Assembly (NCBI GenBank): GCA_035703635.1
Contig: DASSXV010000082.1
Location: forward strand, 1 to 25,714
Direction of reading: 5' to 3'
DNA from: Trueperaceae bacterium
GTDB lineage: Bacteria; Deinococcota; Deinococci; Deinococcales; Trueperaceae
DNA length: 25,714 bases
The translations under genes and the position numbers were made by a program. Below, in pieces: positions 9,565 to 17,952 of the stretch. Below the pieces are notes generated by a model. That model was not told where the DNA came from. It saw nothing but the letters and a program-made list of their open reading frames with translations, and ran no database searches. Within the stretch, counting starts at the first letter, position 1; every line of letters starts with the position of its first letter.

Positions 9565-12500
9565 CTAATTGTGGGTGCCGCCGGAGCCCAGCCCGAAGAA
9601 CCTATCGAAGAACGAGCTCAGTTTATCCACCACCCGGCGCTTCTTCTCCGCGTGGGCGCCGTCCGGCGCGAACCGCGATGTTGGCGGCAGAACCTTGGTG
9701 ATAGCGGTGCCGGTGGTGCGCACTGCGCGTTCGCGGAACGCCGCATTGACGAACTCGCGCGTTTCAGTGGGCCGCAAGTTCTCCTCCTCGATCAGGGCGC
9801 TAAGTTCGGCTTCGCGCCTTTTCGCCACGTAGAGTTGCCACTCTTGGTCCACGGAGCAGTCTGCCGAGAGGGAATCGACGAACGCCTCGATGAGGTCCTT
9901 CTTGTTGCGCAATGAGGGACTAGCCGTGACAGCTCGGCTAATCTCGGCGCGCACCTCCTTGTCGCTGCCATCGCCGCGGGCGCGGCGGTACTTCTCCACG
10001 AGCATGAGGATGTAATCGACGTTGATTTCGACTTGCTTGATGAGCTCGATCTCGAAGACGATGTCGTCGTTGATGGACTCCTTGTCCGCGTCCTTATCCT
10101 TGCGGAACTCGGCGTACAGGTCTAGGTACACGCTTCGGTAGTCCTGACCTTGGCGCGCGGTGAGCAACTCGTTGCCCGCGAAGTCGTCGAAGGAGGTAAG
10201 GATGTTCTCCAGCCGCAGGATGGCGCCGAAGAGGGCGATGAACTCTTTCTGCGACGTCTCGCCGACGATGGGCCTGTCGAGCGGGAAGCGCTCGAGAAGC
10301 TCTGCGGCTTTCCGCTCATACTCGCCGTAGTACTCGCGGTACGGCTTGAGCAGCACAGTGCCCTTGGCGTCCTTGTTGCCGAAGAGGGCGATGGCGTCGT
10401 TGGTCTCCTTCTCGAGGTCGCGGAAGCTGACGATGTTGCCGTACGTCTTGACGGAGTTGAGGATGCGGTTGGTGCGGGAGTACGCCTGGATGAGCCCGTG
10501 GGCCCTGAGGCTCTTGTCTGCGAACAGCGTGTTGAGCGTGGTGGCGTCGAAGCCGGTGAGGAACATGTTCACCACCACCACGAGGTCGATCTCGCGGTTC
10601 TTGAGCCTCAGCGAGAGGTCCTTGTAGTAGTTCTGGAACTTATCGGCGCTCGTGTCGTAGCTGGTGCCGAAAGCTGCGTTGTAGTCCTGGATGGCGCCCT
10701 CGAGGAACGAGCGGGCGTCGGCGGTGAGCGCGTCGGTGTCGAACGCTTCGTCGTCCAATAGTCCGTCAGGGCTAGCGTCGTTCGCGCCGTACGAGTAGAT
10801 GAGGCCGATGGTGAGCCGCCGGTCGGGCGTCAGTTGCTCCTGTTGCCGATGGAACTCTTGGTAGTAGCGCCGCGCGGCGTCGATGGACGCAGTGGCGAAG
10901 ATGGCGTTGAAGCCCCTCACACGCTTGCGTTGCCTGACCTCCTCCGCCTGCCGCCGGGCACCAACCAGCTCGCTGACGTTCGCGACCACCGAGTGCTCGT
11001 ACCCCGACGCCCGCTTGGTCTTCTGATCGAAGTGCTCAAGCGTGTACCCGACGACTTGTCCGACACGCTCCGGGGCCAGAAGCGCCCGCTCGGTGTCGAT
11101 GGCAGGCACCTGTTTGTCGCGCACGGTTCCGACCTTGACCGTGTTCACGTAATCGATGCGGAACGGCAGTACGTTCTTGTCGGTGATGGCGTCCACAATC
11201 GTGTAGGTGTGCAGCTTCTCCCCGAACGCCTGCTCGGTGGTGCGGAGTTGCGGGTTGCCGCCACTGCTTGCGTTGGCGGCGAATATCGGCGTGCCGGTGA
11301 AGCCGAAGAGGTGGTAGCGCCTGAAGGCCCTTCTTATCGCCGTGTGCATCTCACCGAACTGCGACCGGTGGCATTCGTCGAAGATGATGACCACGTGACC
11401 GTCGTAGATGGCGTGGCCCTTGTTGGCGGCGATGAAAGTGGCCAGCTTCTGGATGGTGGTGATTATGATGCGCGCCGCCGGATCCTCTAGTTGCCGCTTG
11501 AGGACCGCGGTGGAGGTGTTCGAGTTGGCGGCGCCCTTCTCGAAGCGGTCGTACTCGCGCATTGTCTGGTAATCGAGGTCCTTGCGGTCCACCACGAACA
11601 GCACCTTCTGCACGCTTGGCAACCGCGACGCCAGCTGAGCGGCCTTGAAGGAGGTGAGGGTCTTGCCCGACCCGGTGGTGTGCCACACGTAACCGCCCGC
11701 TCTGCTCGTGCCGAGTTGACGCGCATTCGTGGCGACTACGACCTTCTGGATGATCCGCTCCGCGGCGAAGATCTGGTAAGGCCGCATGACCAGCAGCATC
11801 CGGTCGGCCGTGAGCACGCAGTACTTGGTGAGCACGTTCAGGAGTGCGTGCTTGGCGAAGAACGTGCGCGCGAACGCGGCCAAGTCCTGGATGGGTCTAT
11901 TCTGTGCGTCCGCCCACCACGACGTGAACTCGAACGAGTTCGAGGTGCTGCGACCGCGCTTGGCGCCAGTCTTGTCGCTCAAGTGCTGCCTGCGGGTGCT
12001 GTTGGAGTAGTACTTGGTGAGGGTGCCGTTGCTGATGACAAAGAGCTGCACGTACTCGAACAGCCCCGAACCGGCCCAGAAGCTATCGCGCTGATAGCGG
12101 TTGATCTGGTTGAAGGCCTCGCGGATGTCGACGCCGCGGCGCTTTATCTCCACGTGCACCATGGGCAGGCCGTTCACTAGCACCGTGACGTCGTAACGGT
12201 TGGCGTAGGTGGCGCCGCCCTCCCCCTTTCGAACCTCGTACTGGTTGATGACCTGCAGCCGGTTGTTGTGAATGTTGCGCTTGTCGAGCAGTTGAACGTT
12301 CTTGGTAGAGCCGTCGTCGCGCCTCAGTAGCTGCACGTGGTCTTCCTGAAGGCGCACGGTCTTCTCGACGATGCCCTCGTTGGCGCCAGCGATGCACTCG
12401 GTGAAGAAGCGCTGCCATTCGGCGTCGGAGAACCTGATGTCGTTCAGGCACTCGAGCTGCGTGCGAAGGTTGGCGATAAGCTGCTCTTCCGTCGTGAACG

Positions 12501-12669
12501 GTAGGTACTCGTACGCCTGCGACTGCAGGATGCGGATGAGCTCGCGCTCGAGCTCCGCTTCTGACTGGTACGCGCTCGCGGCCTTCGTGTCCGGCACGTA
12601 CTCAGCTACGACGGTGCTCTCGCTGCTGATGGCGATAGGGTCGTACTTGCGGCCGGGCGCGTCCGTCAT
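9565..12669 (-). CDS. hsdR: Type I restriction endonuclease subunit R (EcoR124I/Type IC-like), 1034 aa
   Basis: Nuclease motif RYDVTVLVNGLP...VEIKR, Walker A HTTGSGKT, DECHRSQ, FGFTGTP, MFLTGFDA and IQAYSRTNR. Confidence 0.97.
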   Translation of the reverse strand: MTDAPGRKYDPIAISSESTVVAEYVPDTKAASAYQSEAELERELIRILQSQAYEYLPFTTEEQLIANLRTQLECLNDIRFSDAEWQRFFTECIAGANEGIVEKTVRLQEDHVQLLRRDDGSTKNVQLLDKRNIHNNRLQVINQYEVRKGEGGATYANRYDVTVLVNGLPMVHVEIKRRGVDIREAFNQINRYQRDSFWAGSGLFEYVQLFVISNGTLTKYYSNSTRRQHLSDKTGAKRGRSTSNSFEFTSWWADAQNRPIQDLAAFARTFFAKHALLNVLTKYCVLTADRMLLVMRPYQIFAAERIIQKVVVATNARQLGTSRAGGYVWHTTGSGKTLTSFKAAQLASRLPSVQKVLFVVDRKDLDYQTMREYDRFEKGAANSNTSTAVLKRQLEDPAARIIITTIQKLATFIAANKGHAIYDGHVVIIFDECHRSQFGEMHTAIRRAFRRYHLFGFTGTPIFAANASSGGNPQLRTTEQAFGEKLHTYTIVDAITDKNVLPFRIDYVNTVKVGTVRDKQVPAIDTERALLAPERVGQVVGYTLEHFDQKTKRASGYEHSVVANVSELVGARRQAEEVRQRKRVRGFNAIFATASIDAARRYYQEFHRQQEQLTPDRRLTIGLIYSYGANDASPDGLLDDEAFDTDALTADARSFLEGAIQDYNAAFGTSYDTSADKFQNYYKDLSLRLKNREIDLVVVVNMFLTGFDATTLNTLFADKSLRAHGLIQAYSRTNRILNSVKTYGNIVSFRDLEKETNDAIALFGNKDAKGTVLLKPYREYYGEYERKAAELLERFPLDRPIVGETSQKEFIALFGAILRLENILTSFDDFAGNELLTARQGQDYRSVYLDLYAEFRKDKDADKESINDDIVFEIELIKQVEINVDYILMLVEKYRRARGDGSDKEVRAEISRAVTASPSLRNKKDLIEAFVDSLSADCSVDQEWQLYVAKRREAELSALIEEENLRPTETREFVNAAFRERAVRTTGTAITKVLPPTSRFAPDGAHAEKKRRVVDKLSSFFDRFFGLGSGGTHN

Positions 12670-13889
12670 ACGGCTTCGTCGAACGCGAGTAGCTTGTCGC
12701 GGTAGTACTCGTATTGCTTGCGGCGCGCGGCGAGTTCGGCGGGGAGGCCGGACGTTAGGTCGTTGACTAGGGTGTCGAAGTTACGAAGCTGGATAGCAAT
12801 CCGCTGCTGCTCATCGAGGTCAGGAAGCGGGATCATCCACTCAAGGAAGCTCTTGGAGTCAACAGCGGCCATTGAGCCATCTGTTCGTACGCATGTGCTG
12901 CGAATCCGCTCGCTCTCTGCCTGGAGAACCTGGTAGACGTACTCGATACTCACTGAGTCATGAGGCACGAGCATGCGCATGTCCTGGTTGACGGTCGTGT
13001 CGATCTTGATGAGGCCGATGGGCAACTTGCGCCGGAGGATATTTGATCGCATTACGACAGCAATCGAAGGCGCAGGAATGATACGAAGCGGCGTCTCTTC
13101 AAGCGCGAGGCTTGTAACACGACCACGAATACCGTCGGTGCTTGTGTCGCTCACGTCCATCGAAGCGAGCCACGGAACATCCCCCGAATCCCAATAAGCA
13201 GGATTTGCTTTGGATGGGGTCATTCCGCCATACCATGTGCCTAAGTGCCCGAGCGCTACCGGCTCCGCGTCGAGATTATCCAGAAGTCTTTGCCTGTAAT
13301 ACTCGAACTGGATCAGGCGAGCTTCCAGCTCCGCTTCCAGCTCCGCTTCCAGCTGGGTGAACTGGTCCAAGATCCTCACGATCTCCCGCTGAACCTTGAG
13401 CGGCGGGATGGGAAATTTGAACTTCTTGAATCCCGACATATCTACTGAGGAGAAGCTCGATGTCGTAGTGTTGTTTCGACACCATTCGTCAAGCACAAAG
13501 CCGTAATAGTAGAAAAACTTCATTTCGACCTGATCGGCGTACTCGGCCTTGACTGTGAGCGACGTAAATCTCTGATTTGAGAGATGAGGCACGGTAACAA
13601 GAGCGTGTTCGCCGATAGTCGCCGAAGTGGCTACCAACAATGAGTTGGCAGGAAAAAGCTCTCCGCCCTTGACGGCGACCTCTGGTATTCGCTGTAAGGC
13701 ATTCGACAACACGCCACCGCTCGCACGGATGTCTTCCATGCGAAACCACGGAATTGTTCCCCCAGACCAAAACTCCGCATTCGACTTTGAGGGCGTGTAC
13801 CCGTTCCTAAGGTGAAAGAGCTTGTCGATTGGAAGGTATCGCACCCCATCCGGCACCAGCTCTGCGATCAACTCGTCGATGCGGCTCAT
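12666..13889 (-). CDS. hsdS: Type I restriction-modification specificity subunit S, 407 aa
   Basis: Two TRDs, each followed by conserved IP(I/L)P..xQ..I segments. Central LEAELEAELEAR linker. C-terminal LPAELAARRKQYEYYRDKLL typical of Type IC HsdS. Visibly more AT-rich than the flanks. Confidence 0.95.
   Translation of the reverse strand: MSRIDELIAELVPDGVRYLPIDKLFHLRNGYTPSKSNAEFWSGGTIPWFRMEDIRASGGVLSNALQRIPEVAVKGGELFPANSLLVATSATIGEHALVTVPHLSNQRFTSLTVKAEYADQVEMKFFYYYGFVLDEWCRNNTTTSSFSSVDMSGFKKFKFPIPPLKVQREIVRILDQFTQLEAELEAELEARLIQFEYYRQRLLDNLDAEPVALGHLGTWYGGMTPSKANPAYWDSGDVPWLASMDVSDTSTDGIRGRVTSLALEETPLRIIPAPSIAVVMRSNILRRKLPIGLIKIDTTVNQDMRMLVPHDSVSIEYVYQVLQAESERIRSTCVRTDGSMAAVDSKSFLEWMIPLPDLDEQQRIAIQLRNFDTLVNDLTSGLPAELAARRKQYEYYRDKLLAFDEAV
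13321..13354. repeat. 12-bp tandem repeat GCTTCCAGCTCC x ~2.8, encoding the LEAE repeats of the HsdS central conserved region
   Basis: gcttccagctcc-gcttccagctcc-gcttccagct read directly from the sequence. Confidence 0.9.
13844..13889 (-). repeat. hsdS 5' end; copy 1 of an imperfect 46-bp direct repeat flanking mrr
   Basis: ccccatccggcaccagctctgcgatcaactcgtcgatgcggctcat matches 14889-14934 at 38/46 nt, including a 15-nt exact core ccagctctgcgatca. Confidence 0.85.
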
Positions 13890-14809
13890 GCAAAGAAATC
13901 CTCATCAATCTCAACGACCTTGTAGGTCTCACGCACCTGCACTCCCACCCCGTATCGGATCATCAGGCCGGTGAGACGCTTGCCATCAATGAGGATGATG
14001 CGTGTGGGAATGCTTTCTGCATAGGCTTGCGCACCGTCCGAGAATCGGCTGGTCGTGATAAATACGCCGCTGTCTGCTTTGCCGCTCAGCGCGCCGACGA
14101 AGGCTTGCAGGTCGGGACGGCCTACCGTATTGCCGTCTGCGTACCGCTTGGCCTGGATGTAGACCCGGTTGAGACCTAGGATGTCCTGGTCAATCACACC
14201 GTCAATGCCACCATCATTGCCGAGCCGCGTGACCTTGCCAGTGCCCGTTGTCCCGCCATATCCCATCGCGAGCAAGAGTTCCACGACGGCCTGCTCGAAG
14301 AAGGCCGGCTCCTTTCCTCGGAGGCGCTCGACGAGTTCGGCCGCAACCTCTTCATGGATACGCTCGATCCCGCTCTGAACTTGTTCGAGTGGAGTCATCG
14401 ACGCAGCCTCGGCTTCATGAGTCGACTCGATGGGCTTGGCGCGGGGCGCGGTGGATGCATAGACGCGGATCGGTGAGCCCGGGTCCTCCCCGAGAGCCTT
14501 GATGTCGCGCTCTTTAACACCGTCGGGAAAGTGCTGCAGGAGTTGTTTGCCCGCGTTTGTAATTCGGTAGTGACCTCGTTTTGGTCGTTCGAGAGCACCG
14601 ACGTTCGTCAGAAAGGAAACGCCCCATCCGATGCGATTCTGGTACTTGAGCTGAGTACCCGAGGCGAGCATCTCGGTTCTCTGCGCGTCGGTGAGCTTCA
14701 CTTCCTCAGCAACGAGCGGTTGGAATTCTCGCCAGTGGCGGAGAACTCCATCGCTCATCACCCGCAGCGTGGGAGTCATGAATTCTTCCCAGGTCGGCAT
14801 TTGACTCAC
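13886..14809 (-). CDS. mrr: Mrr-family (Type IV) restriction endonuclease, 307 aa
   Basis: N-terminal Mrr_N-like winged helix (MPTWEEFMTPTLR...YQNRIGWG...RPKRGHYRIT). Catalytic domain with FFEQAVVELLLAMGY, DGGIDG, YIQAKRY, GVFITTSRF and ILIDG. Confidence 0.93.
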   Translation of the reverse strand: MSQMPTWEEFMTPTLRVMSDGVLRHWREFQPLVAEEVKLTDAQRTEMLASGTQLKYQNRIGWGVSFLTNVGALERPKRGHYRITNAGKQLLQHFPDGVKERDIKALGEDPGSPIRVYASTAPRAKPIESTHEAEAASMTPLEQVQSGIERIHEEVAAELVERLRGKEPAFFEQAVVELLLAMGYGGTTGTGKVTRLGNDGGIDGVIDQDILGLNRVYIQAKRYADGNTVGRPDLQAFVGALSGKADSGVFITTSRFSDGAQAYAESIPTRIILIDGKRLTGLMIRYGVGVQVRETYKVVEIDEDFFA

Positions 14810-14934
14810 GTTGTCGCATCCTCTCGCTCGCCATCGCGCTGAACGATCCGGAAAATCCGGACGGTTGCGTGCTCGGGGAGTTCCCTGGCCCCCTGCGGTG
14901 CCAGCTCTGCGATCAGCCCGTCAGTGCGGCTCAT
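14806..14934 (-). pseudogene. 42-aa ORF whose N-terminus is a degenerate HsdS N-terminus (hsdS stub; repeat copy 2 at 14889-14934)
   Basis: Manual translation: MSRTDGLIAELAPQGARELPEHATVRIFRIVQRDGEREDATT*, versus HsdS MSRIDELIAELVPDG. Its ATG overlaps the rhuM stop (ATGA) and its TGA overlaps the mrr GTG start (GTGA). Confidence 0.7.
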
Positions 14935-15470
14935 TGCTTGCCCTCGAAGTCTCGCAGTACGCGCTTGACGGACCCCAGGTACGCTTCCTCCACCTCAGTC
15001 GGTGGGGCGTCAAGTCGCGCATGTAGCTTGGCGTACTCGGCCTCGGCGTGGGAGCGTGCCTGGCTGTGCCTGACGCCTACGGCGCCTTGCTGGGTCGGGG
15101 CAACCATCACGACGACCAGTCGATCCAAGTGCGCGGGCCAGTCGTTCATGTGGGTGGCGATCTTACTCTTGACCCGGTAGCCGACCGAGATGATGGCGTC
15201 GACCTTGTAGTGCCCTATGGCGCGGCGAACCTCGCGAGTGCCCTCACGGCGAACCGACAATATTCCCTTGTGAGTTGCCCCTTCGTCGGGCTCACCCTCC
15301 TCGTAGATGTTCCGCACGTGCAAACTCACGTTCTGCTGCGACGTCTGGAACAACTCCGCGATCTGCTGCTGGCTCAGCCACATTGTCTCGCCATCAAGGC
15401 GCACCTCAAGCGCGGGTGCTCCGTCGTCGCGTTGGTAGAGGAGCACTTCTCCAGAATGCTCGTCCGTCAT
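14931..15470 (-). pseudogene. rhuM: RhuM-family protein, internally deleted and probably degenerate (179 aa)
   Basis: Typical RhuM N-terminus (ETMWLSQQQIAELFQ...NVSLHVRNIYEEGE...DAIISVGYRVKS) is joined directly to a RhuM-like C-terminus (MNDW..HLD...AEAEYAK...EVEEAYL). The central segment seen in full-length RhuM proteins is absent. Confidence 0.75.
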
Positions 15471-17092
15471 GCGGAGGACTCCGGCCTCGCGTGGCGCGCG
15501 GGGGTCAGCTGGGTCTCCGCCTCTGAGCGCTTCGAGCCTTCCAGAGCGGCGACGATTGCGTCGATCGAGGTTCGAAGCTTCGCTTGCCGCGCCACGATGC
15601 CTGCGATCTCCGCGTTCAGCGCGGTGATGTCAATGGCCTCACGGGTGTCCTCCTGCTCGACATACGACGACACCGCGATGTTGTACTCGTTGGCAGCTAC
15701 GTCCTCGCTGGCAACGAGCTGCGCGAAGTGCTCCACGGTCTGGCGGTTGGTGTAAGCGTCGAGGATCTTCCGGCGGTTGGCTTGGGTGAGCTTGTTCTTG
15801 TTGCCAGCGCGCTCGAACTCGGCCGAGGCGTCGATGAACAGCACGGAGTTATCGGTCTTCGACTTCTTCAGCACGATCACACAGGTGGCGATGGTGGTGC
15901 CGAAGAACAGGTCGGGCGGGAGCTGGATGACGGCGTCGATGTAGTTGTTGTCGATCAGGTACTTGCGGATGTTCCTCTCGGCTCCACCCCGGTACAGCAC
16001 GCCAGGGAACTGCACGATGGCGGCAGTACCGTTAACGGCAAGCCACGAGAGGATGTGCATGGTGAACGCGAGGTCGGCCTTCGACTTAGGCGCCAGCACG
16101 CCCGCTGGCGCGAAGCGTGGGTCGTTGATCAAGAGCGGGTTGGCGTCGCCCTCCCACTTAGTCGAGTACGGCGGGTTCGACACGATCGCCTCGAACGGCT
16201 CGTAATCCCAATGGGCGGGGTCTAGCAGCGTGTCGCCATGAGCGAGGCTGAAGCGCTCGTAATTGATGTCGTGCAGGAACATGTTTATGCGCGCCAGGTT
16301 GTAAGTGGTGAGGTTGATCTCCTGGCCGTAGAACCCGCCCACGTTCTCCTTGCCGAGCACCTTGGCGAACTGAAGTAGCAGCGAGCCAGACCCCACCGCA
16401 GGGTCGTAGACCCTGCTCACTCGCTCACGGCCGACAAGTGTGATCCGCGCGATGAGCTCGGACACCTCCTGCGGCGTGAAGAACTCACCCCCAGACTTGC
16501 CCGCCTGCGACGCGTACATGGTCATGAGGTACTCGTAGGCATCGCCGAACAGGTCGATGGCATTGTTATCGAAACTGCCAAGCTGCAGGTCGCCGATGGC
16601 GTCTAGCAGCTTCACGAGCTTCTCGTTGCGCCTGGCCACCGTGTTGCCCAGCTTGGAGCTGTTCACATCCAGGTCGTCGAAGAGGCCCCGTATGTCGTCC
16701 TCGCTTTCGGTGCCTACCGCCGAACCCTCGATATCGCGGAAGACAGCCTCTAGCGTCTCGTTGAGGTTCTGGTTCGTGGCGGCGCCCTTGCGGACGTTGA
16801 CGAACAGCTCCGACGGAAGGATGTAGAAGCCCTTCTCCGCAACGGTTTCGGCCCGGGCAACCTCGGCGGCCGCGTCCGTCATGGTCGCGTAGTCGAAGTC
16901 CTTGCTGCCGGCGGCGCGCTCACCTGCGTTGATGTACGAAGTGAGGTTCTCCGAGATGAAGCGGTAGAACAGCATGCCAAGCACGTAGGTCTTGAAATCC
17001 CAGCCGTCCACGGAGCCACGCAAGTCGTTGGCTATGCGCCAGATCGTCTTGTGCACCTCGGCGCGCTGGGCTTCTTTGCTAGTCGGTGGCAC
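15467..17092 (-). CDS. hsdM: Type I restriction-modification N6-adenine methyltransferase subunit M, 541 aa
   Basis: IWRIANDLRGSVDGWDFK N-terminus, GEFFTP, motif I YDPAVGSGSLL, motif IV NPPY, and FPGVLYRGG. GTG start with GGAGGT RBS. Confidence 0.97.
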   Translation of the reverse strand: MPPTSKEAQRAEVHKTIWRIANDLRGSVDGWDFKTYVLGMLFYRFISENLTSYINAGERAAGSKDFDYATMTDAAAEVARAETVAEKGFYILPSELFVNVRKGAATNQNLNETLEAVFRDIEGSAVGTESEDDIRGLFDDLDVNSSKLGNTVARRNEKLVKLLDAIGDLQLGSFDNNAIDLFGDAYEYLMTMYASQAGKSGGEFFTPQEVSELIARITLVGRERVSRVYDPAVGSGSLLLQFAKVLGKENVGGFYGQEINLTTYNLARINMFLHDINYERFSLAHGDTLLDPAHWDYEPFEAIVSNPPYSTKWEGDANPLLINDPRFAPAGVLAPKSKADLAFTMHILSWLAVNGTAAIVQFPGVLYRGGAERNIRKYLIDNNYIDAVIQLPPDLFFGTTIATCVIVLKKSKTDNSVLFIDASAEFERAGNKNKLTQANRRKILDAYTNRQTVEHFAQLVASEDVAANEYNIAVSSYVEQEDTREAIDITALNAEIAGIVARQAKLRTSIDAIVAALEGSKRSEAETQLTPARHARPESSA

Positions 17093-17142
17093 CTGTTACC
17101 TCCCCGTGCACACAGCGCGCGGTACGGACACGCGCGGCCACG

Positions 17143-17167
17143 AGGGCAGTCTACCGACTGTTGCCCT
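17143..17167 (-). promoter_or_regulatory. Candidate -10 (TAGACT, 17148-17153) of the hsdM operon inside an imperfect inverted repeat (AGGGCAGTC-TACC-GACTGTTGCCCT)
   Basis: Read from sequence ~55 nt upstream of the hsdM start. No clear -35. Confidence 0.35.
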
Positions 17168-17253
17168 GCCTCACGCGAGCGATTGTTCTCTCCTTAGCCC
17201 GCTGCTCACCGCAGAAGCGCGCCGCAACCCGCGGTTAGGTCCATTGGCTCTCC

Positions 17254-17913
17254 TCAACTGCGGTGGCGCGTGGTTCGTGTAGCGGAAGCGAGCGCGCCGC
17301 CTCCCAGGTCTCGCACCACGCGACCTGGGTTGCCGACCACCACCGTGTTCGGTGGTACGTCCTTGGTCACGACCGCCCCGGCGCCCACCACCGCGTTCTC
17401 GCCGATGGTCACGCCGGCAAGCACTATGGCGCCGCCACCTATCCAGGCGTTGTTCTCTATGACGATCGGTTTGCCCGCCTCCCACTTGGCTCGCCTGACG
17501 TGGGGGTCTAGCGGGTGCGTGGGGGTCAGCAGCTGCACGTTCGGCCCGAGCTGCACGTCGTCGCCGATGGTTATCGGCAGCACGTCCAGCGCCACGAGCC
17601 CGTAGTTGGCGAAGCTGCGAGCGCCGATGCGGAGGTTGCTGCCGTAATCGACGTAGAGCGGCGGCTTCAGGACCGTATCGTCGCCCAAGGCGCCCAGCAG
17701 TTCGCGCAGCACGGCCCTGGCCGCCTCGAGGTCGTCAGGCCAGAGTTCCGCGTAACGCTTCTGCAGCTCAGCGGCGCGCCGGGCCGCCGCCACGAGCTCC
17801 GGGTCGTCGGCCATGTAGAGGTCGCCTGCCAGCATCCGTTCTCTCTGGCTGCGCGGATCGTCGAGGCCGAGTGGGTCGTTCGGATAGCGCCTGTGCGGCG
17901 GCTTAGGACACAT
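17254..17913 (-). CDS. Sugar O-acetyltransferase (maltose/galactoside acetyltransferase, hexapeptide-repeat family)
   Basis: ERMLAGDLY Mac-like N-terminus, DYGSNLRIG, ITIGDDVQLGPNVQLLTPTHP, WIGGGAIV..GVTIG and VVGNP. The exact start codon is uncertain. Confidence 0.92.
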   Translation of the reverse strand: MCPKPPHRRYPNDPLGLDDPRSQRERMLAGDLYMADDPELVAAARRAAELQKRYAELWPDDLEAARAVLRELLGALGDDTVLKPPLYVDYGSNLRIGARSFANYGLVALDVLPITIGDDVQLGPNVQLLTPTHPLDPHVRRAKWEAGKPIVIENNAWIGGGAIVLAGVTIGENAVVGAGAVVTKDVPPNTVVVGNPGRVVRDLGGGALASATRTTRHRS

Positions 17914-17952
17914 GCTGCGCCCAGCTTAGTCCTGGCTAGCTGGTCTGCCCAC

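Noticed and set aside
12666-14934. Invertible hsdS shufflon (phase variation by inversion)
   Set aside because: The repeats are direct, not inverted. There are no silent TRDs and no recombinase in the window.
15467-15540. HsdM C-terminal tail as a possible third hsdS-start remnant
   Set aside because: The similarity (KRSEAETQLTP versus SRIDELIAELVP) is too weak, with no nucleotide match to the repeat core.
9483-17253. Possible att sites or target-site duplications flanking the R-M island
   Set aside because: Only 6-7 nt matches (cgcagaa, cgaggg) were seen, and there is no integrase, transposase or tRNA.
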